From: an uncultured Gammaproteobacteria bacterium
GTDB lineage: Bacteria > Patescibacteriota > Microgenomatia > Levybacterales > UBA12049
Direction of reading: 5' to 3'
Assembly (NCBI GenBank): GCA_965230895.1
Contig: OZ246394.1
Span: 1,185,887-1,249,886 of the forward strand
DNA length: 64,000 nucleotides
Shown here: in pieces, positions 1 to 8,869 of the stretch
How the letters are laid out: every line of letters begins with the position of its first letter
Position numbering within the stretch: position 1 is the first letter of the stretch
The notes under the pieces: generated by a model
Told to the model about the DNA's origin: nothing
What the model saw: only the letters and a program-made list of their open reading frames with translations
The model's database searches: none
Made by a program: the position numbers and the translations under genes

Positions 1-356
1 ATAAAAACAAATGATCCTTGCATTACAGCCAGCGTCGCTCCACCAAATGTTTTACCCAACATAATATGTAATCGCGGAACAGGAGCAACAAGTGTTTCTT
101 TTAAAAAACCAAATTGTTTATCCCAAATAACTTGAATGCCAGCAAAAATTGCGGTAAATAAAATACTCATTGAGATAATTCCCGGACCAAGGAATTGAAA
201 GTAATTTCCCTGCCCTGCTTTTTGAAAGACAGGGCCCAATCCGAAACCTAATGCAAAAAGAAATAGGATTGGTTGTCCGAGAGATCCAATCATTCGAGAA
301 CGAGAACGGAAGTACCGCTTTAATTCTCTCAGCCATAATATATAAATTGCATTCAT
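1..356 (-). CDS. ABC-2 type transporter permease (5' part; gene runs off left edge)
   Basis: Minus-strand ATG at 356-354 gives MNAIYILWLRELKRYFRSRSRMIGSLGQPILFLFALGFGLGP..., a hydrophobic ABC-2 permease-like N-terminus 5 nt after the ATPase stop. The track ORF 118..423 is in a different, implausible frame. Confidence 0.55.
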   Translation of the reverse strand, partial: MNAIYILWLRELKRYFRSRSRMIGSLGQPILFLFALGFGLGPVFQKAGQGNYFQFLGPGIISMSILFTAIFAGIQVIWDKQFGFLKETLVAPVPRLHIMLGKTFGGATLAVMQGSFVF

Positions 357-361
357 AATGT

Positions 362-1159
362 TTATCTTGCTCGTATGAAAGGTCTATTACGTAAACGATC
401 AACTGCACTTGCTGATTCTTCACGAATACTATTACCGGTCAATTTAAGAAACGCTTCTTCAAGACTTTTTTTACCAGTTTTCTCTAAGAGTTGTTTGAGT
501 GTGCCTTCAGTGAGGATATGTCCATGATCCATGATTGCAATCCGTTCTGCATACTCTTCTGCTTCTTCAAGATAATGCGTCGTAAAGAAAATTGTTATTC
601 CCTCTTTCTCGCTAAGATTCTTTATGTAGTGCCACATAAGATTTCTTGTTTGTGGATCAAGCCCTTGAGTTGGTTCATCAAGAAAAAATATTTTAGGATG
701 ATGAAGTAAACCTCGAGCAATTTCCAAGCGACGCTTCATACCACCAGAAAACGTTTTTACTAAGCTATCTTTTCTGTCCCACAGTTCGACTAATGTTAAT
801 AAATCCTGAATATCTTTCTTATATTTTTCTTTTTTTATGTTATATAAGACAGCATGAAACTCCATATTTTCATACGCTGTTAACTCATCTTCAAGACTTG
901 GATCCTGGAAGACAATCCCAAACGATTTACGTACTGCATCTTGATTAGTTAATGCATCATGTCCATTAATGAGTATTTCACCTGAGGTTGGTAAAAGTAA
1001 TGTTGTAAGCATTTTGATAGTCGTACTCTTACCAGCGCCATTTGGTCCGAGGAAAGCAAAAATTTGACCTTTTGGAACGGAGAATGATACATCGTTTACG
1101 GCTGTAAAATCTTTAAAGCGTTTCGTAAGATTTTTAACTGAGATTATTTCTTCTGACAT
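362..1159 (-). CDS. ABC transporter ATP-binding protein
   Basis: Walker A GPNGAGKST, ABC signature LSGGMKRRLEIARGL, Walker B FFLDEPT. Confidence 0.9.
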   Translation of the reverse strand: MSEEIISVKNLTKRFKDFTAVNDVSFSVPKGQIFAFLGPNGAGKSTTIKMLTTLLLPTSGEILINGHDALTNQDAVRKSFGIVFQDPSLEDELTAYENMEFHAVLYNIKKEKYKKDIQDLLTLVELWDRKDSLVKTFSGGMKRRLEIARGLLHHPKIFFLDEPTQGLDPQTRNLMWHYIKNLSEKEGITIFFTTHYLEEAEEYAERIAIMDHGHILTEGTLKQLLEKTGKKSLEEAFLKLTGNSIREESASAVDRLRNRPFIRAR

Positions 1160-1273
1160 AGATTAAGTATATACCTTTTACCGTAAGTTTCTTCCCTTAA
1201 TTTTTGCTTAACAAAAATAGGATAGGAGAAGCAAATTCTCACCTCTCCTATCCCTTAGTTTCAATGTGTAAGC

Positions 1274-1504
1274 TTAGGGTTGCTGCTTGACGTTTACATC
1301 AACCTTGTCTGGCACATTAACTTGTGTTCCAGCATTCATACCTGCATTAAGGTATGGTAAACCGTAATAAATAAGTGCAAGAACAAAAAGTATTAAAAGA
1401 ATGATTCCAACTAGAAAGCCACTGCCATTTCCATTTGATTCAACTGGCTGCTGTGCTGACTGTTGCGCTGGTGGGTTATTAATGACTGTTGCCATAGATA
1501 TCAC
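1274..1504 (-). CDS. small membrane protein (hypothetical)
   Basis: 76 aa with Q-rich N-terminus and one strong TM helix (GFLVGIILLILFVLALIYYGL). Confidence 0.35.
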   Translation of the reverse strand: MISMATVINNPPAQQSAQQPVESNGNGSGFLVGIILLILFVLALIYYGLPYLNAGMNAGTQVNVPDKVDVNVKQQP

Positions 1505-1636
1505 CTCCTTTAGGTATAGTTATTTTAAATTGTTGAGGTAAGCTAAAAGTGAAATAAATGTAAGAATAAGGCTAGAATAAATAGAAATAGCTTCAAAAAC
1601 CTTTTCTTTTTTGTGTAAGTACGCTAGACTAATTTC

Positions 1637-2185
1637 ATGGCACAATTACAAACAGCGACTTTCGCAAATGGATGCTTTTGGTGTACTGAAGCTGTATTTC
1701 AGCGACTAAAGGGAGTAGCATCAGTACAATCAGGTTATTCAGGTGGAACAACTAAAAATCCATCGTATTATGAAGTGGCTTCTGGAGAAACCGGTCACGC
1801 GGAATCCCTTCAAATCGAATATGACCCTGATATAATCTCCTATGAAACTCTTTTGCATATCTTTTTTGCAACCCATGATCCAACAACATTAAACCGTCAA
1901 GGGAACGACGTAGGGACACAATATCGCTCTGAGATTTTTTATCATAATGATGAACAGAAAGAAGTTGCAGAAAAAGTAAAAAAAGAATTAGATGAATCAG
2001 GTGCGTATAAAGAGCCTATTGTTACAGCTATTTCAGGATATTCTTCTTTCTTTCCTGCAGAAGATGAACATAAAAATTATTATGAGAATAACCCTAATGC
2101 GCCATATTGTAGAATAATTATTGATCCGAAAATCCATAAGTTATTAGAGAAATATTCAAAAGAGGTTAAGGAGGAATATAAGTAA
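1637..2185 (+). CDS. msrA: peptide methionine sulfoxide reductase MsrA
   Basis: N-terminal GCFWCTEAVF active-site motif typical of MsrA; 182 aa. Confidence 0.9.
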   Translation: MAQLQTATFANGCFWCTEAVFQRLKGVASVQSGYSGGTTKNPSYYEVASGETGHAESLQIEYDPDIISYETLLHIFFATHDPTTLNRQGNDVGTQYRSEIFYHNDEQKEVAEKVKKELDESGAYKEPIVTAISGYSSFFPAEDEHKNYYENNPNAPYCRIIIDPKIHKLLEKYSKEVKEEYK

Positions 2186-2187
2186 TA

Positions 2188-2640
2188 TTATTTTCTTCTT
2201 GGAGCTCGAAAAACTTCTCTTGGAACAGTAATCGGATTTACAACCCATGGACCCTCGGGTGATCGTGTAATAAGGCCAGTATAGACATTCCCTCTAAACC
2301 CAGCACCCCTTGCGATCCCTTCTACTATCCGAGTTGCTATTGCTAACTGTTCTTCTTTTGCTTCATTACTGACAGGGTTTCCAGCACATTCTTCATGACC
2401 AAAAATACCTATTCCAGAAGAATCATGCAATTGTGTCGATATTAATAATTTCTTTCTAATCTGTACAAGGTTATTCCTCTGACCATCAACACCAGCAACA
2501 ATATAGCCTTCAATACCGGGTTCTGTAATCGTATCGATATAGTCAGCTCCAGTTTTATCTCGGAGGAAATCTGCTGCCGGAACTTGTGTGCGTCCGTCCA
2601 TACAATTAAACGCAGTTGAAAAAGTTTCTTTTGTGCTCAT
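2188..2640 (-). CDS. small beta-carbonic-anhydrase-like protein (CxDxR...HxxC)
   Basis: NCMDGR and GHEECAG motifs resemble beta-CA zinc ligands, but at 150 aa it is shorter than canonical beta-CA. Confidence 0.3.
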   Translation of the reverse strand: MSTKETFSTAFNCMDGRTQVPAADFLRDKTGADYIDTITEPGIEGYIVAGVDGQRNNLVQIRKKLLISTQLHDSSGIGIFGHEECAGNPVSNEAKEEQLAIATRIVEGIARGAGFRGNVYTGLITRSPEGPWVVNPITVPREVFRAPRRK

Positions 2641-2681
2641 GACAAGAGCTCATTATAATAGTTTAGCCTGAGAAGTCAATA

Positions 2682-3653
2682 CTATGAGGATAAATTAATC
2701 CTATTATTTTCAATAACAATAAACCCCTCTTTCTTCATTTCAGAAATAATACTATTAATAAGTGCATTATCCTCTTCTGAAAAATCTTCCTTAAGGAGGG
2801 CCCCTATATCTTGCAACGGAATTTCTCTCTTCTTTATAAGAAGTTTTACGATTTTCCCTCTGTAGTACCTCCGCGAACCTTTAAATGTTGATTGTTTGGG
2901 AATATCTATTTTTTCTTTTTTTAACATCAAACTACTGTAGTCCATCAATGCCTGATTCCAATCATAAGCCCTCCCTTGCGGAACGAGAGTCTCTGCTATC
3001 GCAGCAATTTCTTTGTCACTAACCTTATCTATTTTTGATTTCGTTGCATCTGCTAAATGAATCATTCTTTGATTCTTCAATAATTGGGTTAAAATAACTT
3101 TTTTAACATTAATATCCACAACAGCTACTTGTTGATCAAAAGCAAAACACATGATAGCCCGTGCCGTGTATTGCCCAATCCCTGGAAGAGATAATAATTC
3201 TTTTTCATCGTTAGGAAAAATTCCATTAAATCGATCAACAACTACTTGTGCAGTTTTCTTCAGATTTAATGCGCGCCGATTATAACCAAGCCCTGACCAA
3301 TGTTTTAAGACGTCTGAAACAGGCGCCTTTGCCAAATCTTGAATTGTTGGAAATGCTTCAAACCATGCTTCATATTTTGGAATAACCCGATTCACTTGTG
3401 TTTGTTGCAACATAATTTCAGAAACAAGAATTCGGTACGGGTCACGAGTTTTTCTCCATGGCAAATCCCGTTGATTTGCAGTGTACCATGTAAGAATCTT
3501 CTCTTGAAATGTTTTGATTTGAGGATTAGAAAGTTTCAATTTATAAAAGTCCCATTTTATCTCGAACTTCACGAACCGTTGCTTGTGCGATTGATTTTGC
3601 CTTTTCATTACCTTCCTGAATAATTCGATCAACCTCGTGAGGATTCTCTTCAA
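2682..3653 (-). CDS. HhH-GPD DNA glycosylase (MutY/Nth-like, no Fe-S Cys cluster)
   Basis: DLPWRKTRDPYRILVSEIMLQQTQV and LPGIGQYTARAI HhH-GPD motifs. The track ORF overlaps the trpS 3' end by about 110 nt; the real start is probably internal, e.g. TTG near 3539. Confidence 0.7.
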   Translation of the reverse strand: MKRILTRLIELFRKVMKRQNQSHKQRFVKFEIKWDFYKLKLSNPQIKTFQEKILTWYTANQRDLPWRKTRDPYRILVSEIMLQQTQVNRVIPKYEAWFEAFPTIQDLAKAPVSDVLKHWSGLGYNRRALNLKKTAQVVVDRFNGIFPNDEKELLSLPGIGQYTARAIMCFAFDQQVAVVDINVKKVILTQLLKNQRMIHLADATKSKIDKVSDKEIAAIAETLVPQGRAYDWNQALMDYSSLMLKKEKIDIPKQSTFKGSRRYYRGKIVKLLIKKREIPLQDIGALLKEDFSEEDNALINSIISEMKKEGFIVIENNRINLSS

Positions 3654-4572
3654 AATATTTTCGCTTTTCTTGGAATGGTTGTAAGTCTTTATAAATAGTT
3701 TCTGCTAATTCTTGTTTCATTTCGCCATATCGAATTCTTTTCTCACGATAATCTTCTACATATTTAATAAAGCGATCCTTTTCTGCAAATAATTTGAAAA
3801 TTGTAAATAAACTTCCTACACCACCTTCAGTCGGAATTGCACCACCATTGGTTCCACTATCTGTTGGTATCTTTGCAACTTTTTTCTTAATGATTTCTAA
3901 ATCATCAACTAAGTTTATATAACTTCCTTCTATTGATTTGCCCATTTTCCCTTCTCCCAAAAGTGATGGAACATACTCACCTTCTGTTTTAAAACGCTTT
4001 GGCTCTGGGAAATCCGTGCCATATTCCTGATTCATTTTTCTTGCAATTTCACGAGTCACTTCTATATGCGGTTCTTGATCAATTCCTACGGGAACACTAT
4101 CAGCTTTATAAATAAGGATGTCTGCAGCCATCAGAATTGGATAATTAAGAAGTGCCATTGTTGCTGAGTCAGGATGCTGTTTTACTTTATCCTTAAAAGT
4201 TGGCAAATGCTGCATCCGAGCGATTGTCTGTACACTAGAGAAATAAAATGCTAATTCAGCATGCGGACTTTCTGATTGTTGAAATAAGGTACTTTTTTCT
4301 GGATCAAGTCCTGCAGCAAGATAATCCATAATTATCTCTCTTCGATCTTTACGTAATTCTTCAACATTGTACGGAGTTGTTAATGCATGGAGATCTGCCA
4401 CCATGTATAGTGTCTCGTAATCTGGATCCTCTTGAAGAGCAAGCATTCCTTTTATCGCACCCAAATAGTTACCTAAATGAAGGCGTCCAGTAGCACGAAT
4501 TCCTGATAAAACACGTTTCTTATTCATGAGAGTATTGTACCATGTTTGACTCTTCAAAGCATACATACGCAT
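3541..4572 (-). CDS. trpS: tryptophan--tRNA ligase
   Basis: HIGH motif HLGNYLG, KMSKS-type motif KMGKS, class I aaRS, 343 aa. Confidence 0.95.
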   Translation of the reverse strand: MRMYALKSQTWYNTLMNKKRVLSGIRATGRLHLGNYLGAIKGMLALQEDPDYETLYMVADLHALTTPYNVEELRKDRREIIMDYLAAGLDPEKSTLFQQSESPHAELAFYFSSVQTIARMQHLPTFKDKVKQHPDSATMALLNYPILMAADILIYKADSVPVGIDQEPHIEVTREIARKMNQEYGTDFPEPKRFKTEGEYVPSLLGEGKMGKSIEGSYINLVDDLEIIKKKVAKIPTDSGTNGGAIPTEGGVGSLFTIFKLFAEKDRFIKYVEDYREKRIRYGEMKQELAETIYKDLQPFQEKRKYFEENPHEVDRIIQEGNEKAKSIAQATVREVRDKMGLL

Positions 4573-4576
4573 AATC

Positions 4577-5578
4577 TTGTATAATGCATTTATGCATAAT
4601 TGTAATTTACCAGAAAAATTTCTTGAACGAATAGGAATGCTTTATTCTGAAAAAGATCTGCCAAATGTTCTTAAAGCATTTGAAGAGCGGCCGATCCCAT
4701 CATTTCGTGTTAATACATTACGCGCTAAAACAACTGACGTCAAGCAAAAACTTGAAGCTCAGGGATTTGATCTTGAACAAGTACGTTGGTACGGAGACGC
4801 GTTTTTACTCAGAAATAAATCCGTACGAGAGTTAACCGAGTCAGATGTATATACAGCAGGAAATATTTATATCCAAAATCTTTCAAGTATGATTCCAGCA
4901 CTTGCACTTGATCCAAAGCCTGATGAAAGGATTCTTGATATTGCTGCCGCACCTGGAAGTAAAACGACACAAATTGCAGATCTTATGCAGAACAATGGAG
5001 AGATTGTTGCAAATGACCTGAGCCGAAAAAGAATTTTTAAGCTCAAAGATAATCTTGAACAATATGGAGTAACAAATACAAAAATTGAAAACCATGCAGG
5101 TGAAACATTTTGGAAACGTTACCCTGAAGTATTCAAGAAGACTCTAGTCGATGTTCCTTGCAGTATGGAAGGAAGAATTTTGTGTAGTGATCCAAAATCA
5201 TATCAAGATTGGTCACCAAAGAAGATTAAACAGCTTGCACTTTTACAAAAATATTTGCTCCGCTCAGCAATTTCGGCAACTGATGTTGGAGGAACAATCA
5301 TTTATTCCACTTGTACATTGTCTCCCGAAGAAAATGAAGATGTTATTGAATGGGTCATCAAAAGAGTTAATGGTAATACTACCAATGCTGTCAGTGTAGA
5401 AAAAATAGAAATTCCAAATATATCACTTACTCCAGCATTAGACTCTTGGAAGAAGCGAACGTTTGAGCATGCAAAACATACATCAAGAGTAACTCCAAGC
5501 GCTACCATGGAAGGATTCTTTATCGCGAAAATTAAAAAGCACAAATCTACTGTTCCAGGCATGGAAATCTTCCATTAA
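4577..5578 (+). CDS. rRNA m5C methyltransferase, RsmB/RsmF (NOL1/NOP2/Sun) family
   Basis: DIAAAPGSKT SAM motif, PCSMEGR and YSTCT catalytic motifs. A TATAAT at 4580-4585 lies inside the annotated N-terminus, so the real start is likely ATG at 4592. Confidence 0.8.
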   Translation: MYNAFMHNCNLPEKFLERIGMLYSEKDLPNVLKAFEERPIPSFRVNTLRAKTTDVKQKLEAQGFDLEQVRWYGDAFLLRNKSVRELTESDVYTAGNIYIQNLSSMIPALALDPKPDERILDIAAAPGSKTTQIADLMQNNGEIVANDLSRKRIFKLKDNLEQYGVTNTKIENHAGETFWKRYPEVFKKTLVDVPCSMEGRILCSDPKSYQDWSPKKIKQLALLQKYLLRSAISATDVGGTIIYSTCTLSPEENEDVIEWVIKRVNGNTTNAVSVEKIEIPNISLTPALDSWKKRTFEHAKHTSRVTPSATMEGFFIAKIKKHKSTVPGMEIFH

Positions 5579-5589
5579 TCCTTAAATTT

Positions 5590-6576
5590 TTGTGGCTTTT
5601 TAAACTTCTGTGGTATAGAATAGGATTGATGAAGAGAGTTATTTGGGCTATCGTTTTTATCGGTCTTCTTGCTTTGGGCTATGTAAATCGTACCGCAATA
5701 GTTGCAACAGCGGAAGCAATTGTTTCGCAATCTCCATGCGCTGTCCCACGAACATATAGTATTGGAGAAGTTGATCCACGTTTTAAAATTTCAAAAGAAA
5801 ACTTTTTAGCTGCAACGCAAGAAGCTGCAGGAGTTTGGAAGAATGCTGACGAAGAACCTCTGTTTAAGTATGATCCAGAATCTAAGCTTACAATAAGTTT
5901 AACGTATGACGAACGACAATTTCTTAATTCACAGATTAACGATCTCAATACGCAAGTCGATGAACAGAAAGACACACTTAAGCCAGAAATTGCTGAATAT
6001 GAGACACGGGCAAGCCAATTTAAGCAAAGAAATGCAGCTTTAAATAATCGGATTTCTTATTGGAATGATCAAGGCGGCGCACCAGAAGATGAGTACAATA
6101 AACTTCTTCAAGAACAACGATCACTACAACAAGAAGCAAAAGAACTGCAATCAATGGCGGAAACACTTAATCAATCTACAGATCAATATAATACACAGAT
6201 TCAAGAGTTAGACCAAAAAGTTGATGCATATAATCACACGCTTGAACAGAAGCCGGAAGAGGGAATTTATATCCGAGAAGGTCGTGATGAGAGAATCATT
6301 ATTTACTTCAATAACTCACGTCAGGAATTGATTCATACGCTCGCGCATGAAATGGGCCATGCACTTGGGATGCCGCACGTTGATACGACAGAATCTATCA
6401 TGTATCCCAAGACTACTGAAGTTATTGATCCCTCACCTGAGGATATAACGGCGTTAGCAGAAGTGTGCCGAAAAAGAAGCATTGTCGAAACAATGGGAAA
6501 AAATTTATCACTTTTAGCTGGAGATATACAGGACTTTGCGACAACCACGATAACTAAACTTCAATCAACTAATTAA
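5590..6576 (+). CDS. membrane-anchored zinc metalloprotease, matrixin/metzincin-like
   Basis: HEMGHALGMPH (HExxHxxGxxH) motif; N-terminal TM; central coiled-coil region. Confidence 0.65.
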   Translation: MWLFKLLWYRIGLMKRVIWAIVFIGLLALGYVNRTAIVATAEAIVSQSPCAVPRTYSIGEVDPRFKISKENFLAATQEAAGVWKNADEEPLFKYDPESKLTISLTYDERQFLNSQINDLNTQVDEQKDTLKPEIAEYETRASQFKQRNAALNNRISYWNDQGGAPEDEYNKLLQEQRSLQQEAKELQSMAETLNQSTDQYNTQIQELDQKVDAYNHTLEQKPEEGIYIREGRDERIIIYFNNSRQELIHTLAHEMGHALGMPHVDTTESIMYPKTTEVIDPSPEDITALAEVCRKRSIVETMGKNLSLLAGDIQDFATTTITKLQSTN

Positions 6577-6787
6577 CTATTGAGGCCTTATAGCCAGTCT
6601 TATTAATTACTTTGAGTATTTCTTCAGTCTTTATCTTTTGTGGGTCAAAAGTGACAGAGGTCCTTTCTTTTGCATAGTTCGTTCTAGATTCTTTAATGCC
6701 TTCAGTATCTTCAAGCATTCCATCGATATTAATAACGCAGCTAGCGCAATCTAAATCTTCAACTTTAAAAGTAACAGTTTTTATCAT
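6569..6787 (-). CDS. copZ: heavy-metal-associated (HMA) copper chaperone CopZ-like
   Basis: 72 aa with CASC metal-binding CxxC motif in HMA context. Confidence 0.8.
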   Translation of the reverse strand: MIKTVTFKVEDLDCASCVINIDGMLEDTEGIKESRTNYAKERTSVTFDPQKIKTEEILKVINKTGYKASIVN

Positions 6788-7812
6788 TAAATAACGTTAA
6801 TTGTACCTCTATACATTCCCATACTACACATAAATGAAATTTGTCCTGTTTTTTGAGGAGCTGTAAATGTTACGGTTTGAGAAGTACCCATTGGTACAAT
6901 TTTTTCTACTCCAAGTTCAGGAATTGTAAATGCTTGTGCACAATTATTGCTATCTTGATTCTCAAGATGGATCGTGACAGCAGCTCCTGCATTTACAGAG
7001 AAGTTATGTGGCGTGTACCCTGCTGAACTAATAACAATATTTGTATCATTGGTAGGCGCAGGGATATTTCTCTCACTTGTGCAAAAGCTTAATGTACACC
7101 AAACGTTCTTTGCCATCCCATCTATCGTATAATTACTTCCAGTCAAGGCAATTGCATTATTAAAATTGAATAAAGCAAATGATAAGAGAATAACTGCAGC
7201 GAATTTTGTAATCAATTCCGTTGTCGAAGATGTTACCTTACTTGTAAAGTAGCCAAGCAAAAAGAATATAGGAGATGTTCCTAAAACAAAAGCAAAAAGA
7301 ATAAGTGCTCCTGTAAGTGGATTACCTGATCCAATACTCAGAGCCATCATGGCCTGTGTTGCACCACATGGAATAAATACTGTAAAAGCTCCAATAATAG
7401 CTGGCGCAAAAATATTTTTACTTTTTGTTTCCTTACGAATTAACTTCGTTAAAAAATATGGGGGTTGAATTACAAAATAACGAAATATCGGATGAACCTT
7501 TAAAAGATTCAGTGCTGTACCTAACATAAATATCGCTACAACTACCTGAAGAGCAATTTGTAAATTTAAACTGAATTGAAGTGTGGATCCAAGCCAACCA
7601 AGAAGAAATCCAAGAATTGTATATGCAGTAAGCTTCGACAGAAGAAACCAGAGTATTGGTTGCATTGTACCGCTCACAGCTTTCTCTGTAAGATGTGATT
7701 CATGTCGCTGTGCAATAGTAGCAGCAAGGAGGCCGCCCTGAACGGCCATACACGAGAGTCCTCCAGCAAGTAGTCCTGTTAAAAAAATTCCAATTAATTG
7801 TCCAGTCTCCAT
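6787..7812 (-). CDS. polytopic membrane protein (DsbD_2-like TM region) with C-terminal cupredoxin-like domain; putative metal transporter
   Basis: N-terminal GLLAGGLSCMAVQGGLL TM motif and about 7 TM helices; C-terminal soluble domain with ...NNCAQAF...FMCSMGMY. Immediately downstream of copZ, sharing start/stop overlap. Confidence 0.4.
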   Translation of the reverse strand: METGQLIGIFLTGLLAGGLSCMAVQGGLLAATIAQRHESHLTEKAVSGTMQPILWFLLSKLTAYTILGFLLGWLGSTLQFSLNLQIALQVVVAIFMLGTALNLLKVHPIFRYFVIQPPYFLTKLIRKETKSKNIFAPAIIGAFTVFIPCGATQAMMALSIGSGNPLTGALILFAFVLGTSPIFFLLGYFTSKVTSSTTELITKFAAVILLSFALFNFNNAIALTGSNYTIDGMAKNVWCTLSFCTSERNIPAPTNDTNIVISSAGYTPHNFSVNAGAAVTIHLENQDSNNCAQAFTIPELGVEKIVPMGTSQTVTFTAPQKTGQISFMCSMGMYRGTINVI

Positions 7813-7935
7813 GGCAGATATACATTATAATACATTTCTTTCTTTCAGAGCAAAATTCGTGTTCAGTTACATTTTCTCTTACCTATTTCTAGATTATTTC
7901 TAATATAGTATTTAACTGAGAAGCGTATCCTAATC

Positions 7936-8577
7936 TTGTTTCGCTTACATGTACATTACTACTGCGCCATGAAGGAGGGTAACATGGATAAAGGTAGAAT
8001 AGCAACTGGAGATTGGAAGACTTTCCTTACGTTAAAGGACGAAAGTCTGTTGCTTGTTATTCGGAAACATCCATATGTTGTTGTCTTTCCTATCTTATTT
8101 TTACTCCTTATAACTGTTTTTTGTATCGGTAGTGCGTATCTTTTATTTGAGAGAGTCCTTTCCTCATTACCACTTTTTATAACCTCAAGCTTTTTACTGA
8201 TAAGTTTATCGTTTGGAATTCTTGCAAAACTCATTATTGACTGGTATTTCCATATTTATCTTCTAACAAATAGAAAAATTCTGGAATTTCGATATACTCC
8301 TCTCACCTCATATGTCGTAAATGATGTAATGTTAGACAGAGTTTTTTGTACAGAAATTGACTTCCAAACAAATGGCTTTATAGAAGATCTTATTGATCTT
8401 GGAGATATCATCATTACGTTTGATAGACCGACACATCAAGAAGAATTTATTATGAAAGATATTCGAGAATGTCATGAGGTTGGAAACTTTTTAACACAGC
8501 AACTCCTTGATGGTAGCCAAAAGAATGAGCCAATTGTTCCGATTTGGTTCCAGGGACATAGTTGGGGAAAAAGGTAA
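7936..8577 (+). CDS. membrane protein with two TM helices plus bacterial PH-like domain (YdbS/bPH_2-like), paralog 1
   Basis: Architecture shared with 35502..36332 and 42057..42617; real start probably at MDKGRIATG (about 7981). Confidence 0.4.
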   Translation: MFRLHVHYYCAMKEGNMDKGRIATGDWKTFLTLKDESLLLVIRKHPYVVVFPILFLLLITVFCIGSAYLLFERVLSSLPLFITSSFLLISLSFGILAKLIIDWYFHIYLLTNRKILEFRYTPLTSYVVNDVMLDRVFCTEIDFQTNGFIEDLIDLGDIIITFDRPTHQEEFIMKDIRECHEVGNFLTQQLLDGSQKNEPIVPIWFQGHSWGKR

Positions 8578-8804
8578 GGAGGTTTATGGAGATACTGAAA
8601 ATTATTATTTTTTCTTGCTATGTATTTCTTATTGGAGTCATCGTATTTTTTAATTGGCTATATTCTGTAAGGACAATTCGTGCTAACAAAAAGATCGGAT
8701 TATATGTCCCACAATATATTAAGCTCATTATTCGTATTAGCAATGTCTTTGCTTTAATAACGATTGCTCTTATCGGTTTTTTCCTCATGACTAAAAACTT
8801 CTAA
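8562..8804 (+). CDS. small membrane protein (hypothetical)
   Basis: 80 aa, two hydrophobic helices; 16 nt overlap with the upstream gene. Confidence 0.3.
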   Translation: MGKKVRRFMEILKIIIFSCYVFLIGVIVFFNWLYSVRTIRANKKIGLYVPQYIKLIIRISNVFALITIALIGFFLMTKNF

Positions 8805-8869
8805 ACTAATCGGCATTGGAGCAAAGTTAGTAACTATTGCTCGAAACTTTAAAATGATATACTTAAAAA

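Noticed and set aside
118-423. Track ORF on the minus strand at the left edge
   Set aside because: Its frame gives an implausible low-complexity protein and overlaps the ABC ATPase stop. The convincing permease reading frame (ATG at 356) is different.
491-709. Plus-strand ORF antisense inside the ABC ATPase gene (similar cases: 3339..3623, 4883..5095, 5679..5975, 10516..10950, 15197..15529, 34902..35162, 42960..43496, 48948..49445, 57018..57462 and others)
   Set aside because: These are entirely embedded antisense, or out of frame, in well-supported genes. They have no motifs and are typical shadow ORFs in AT-rich DNA.
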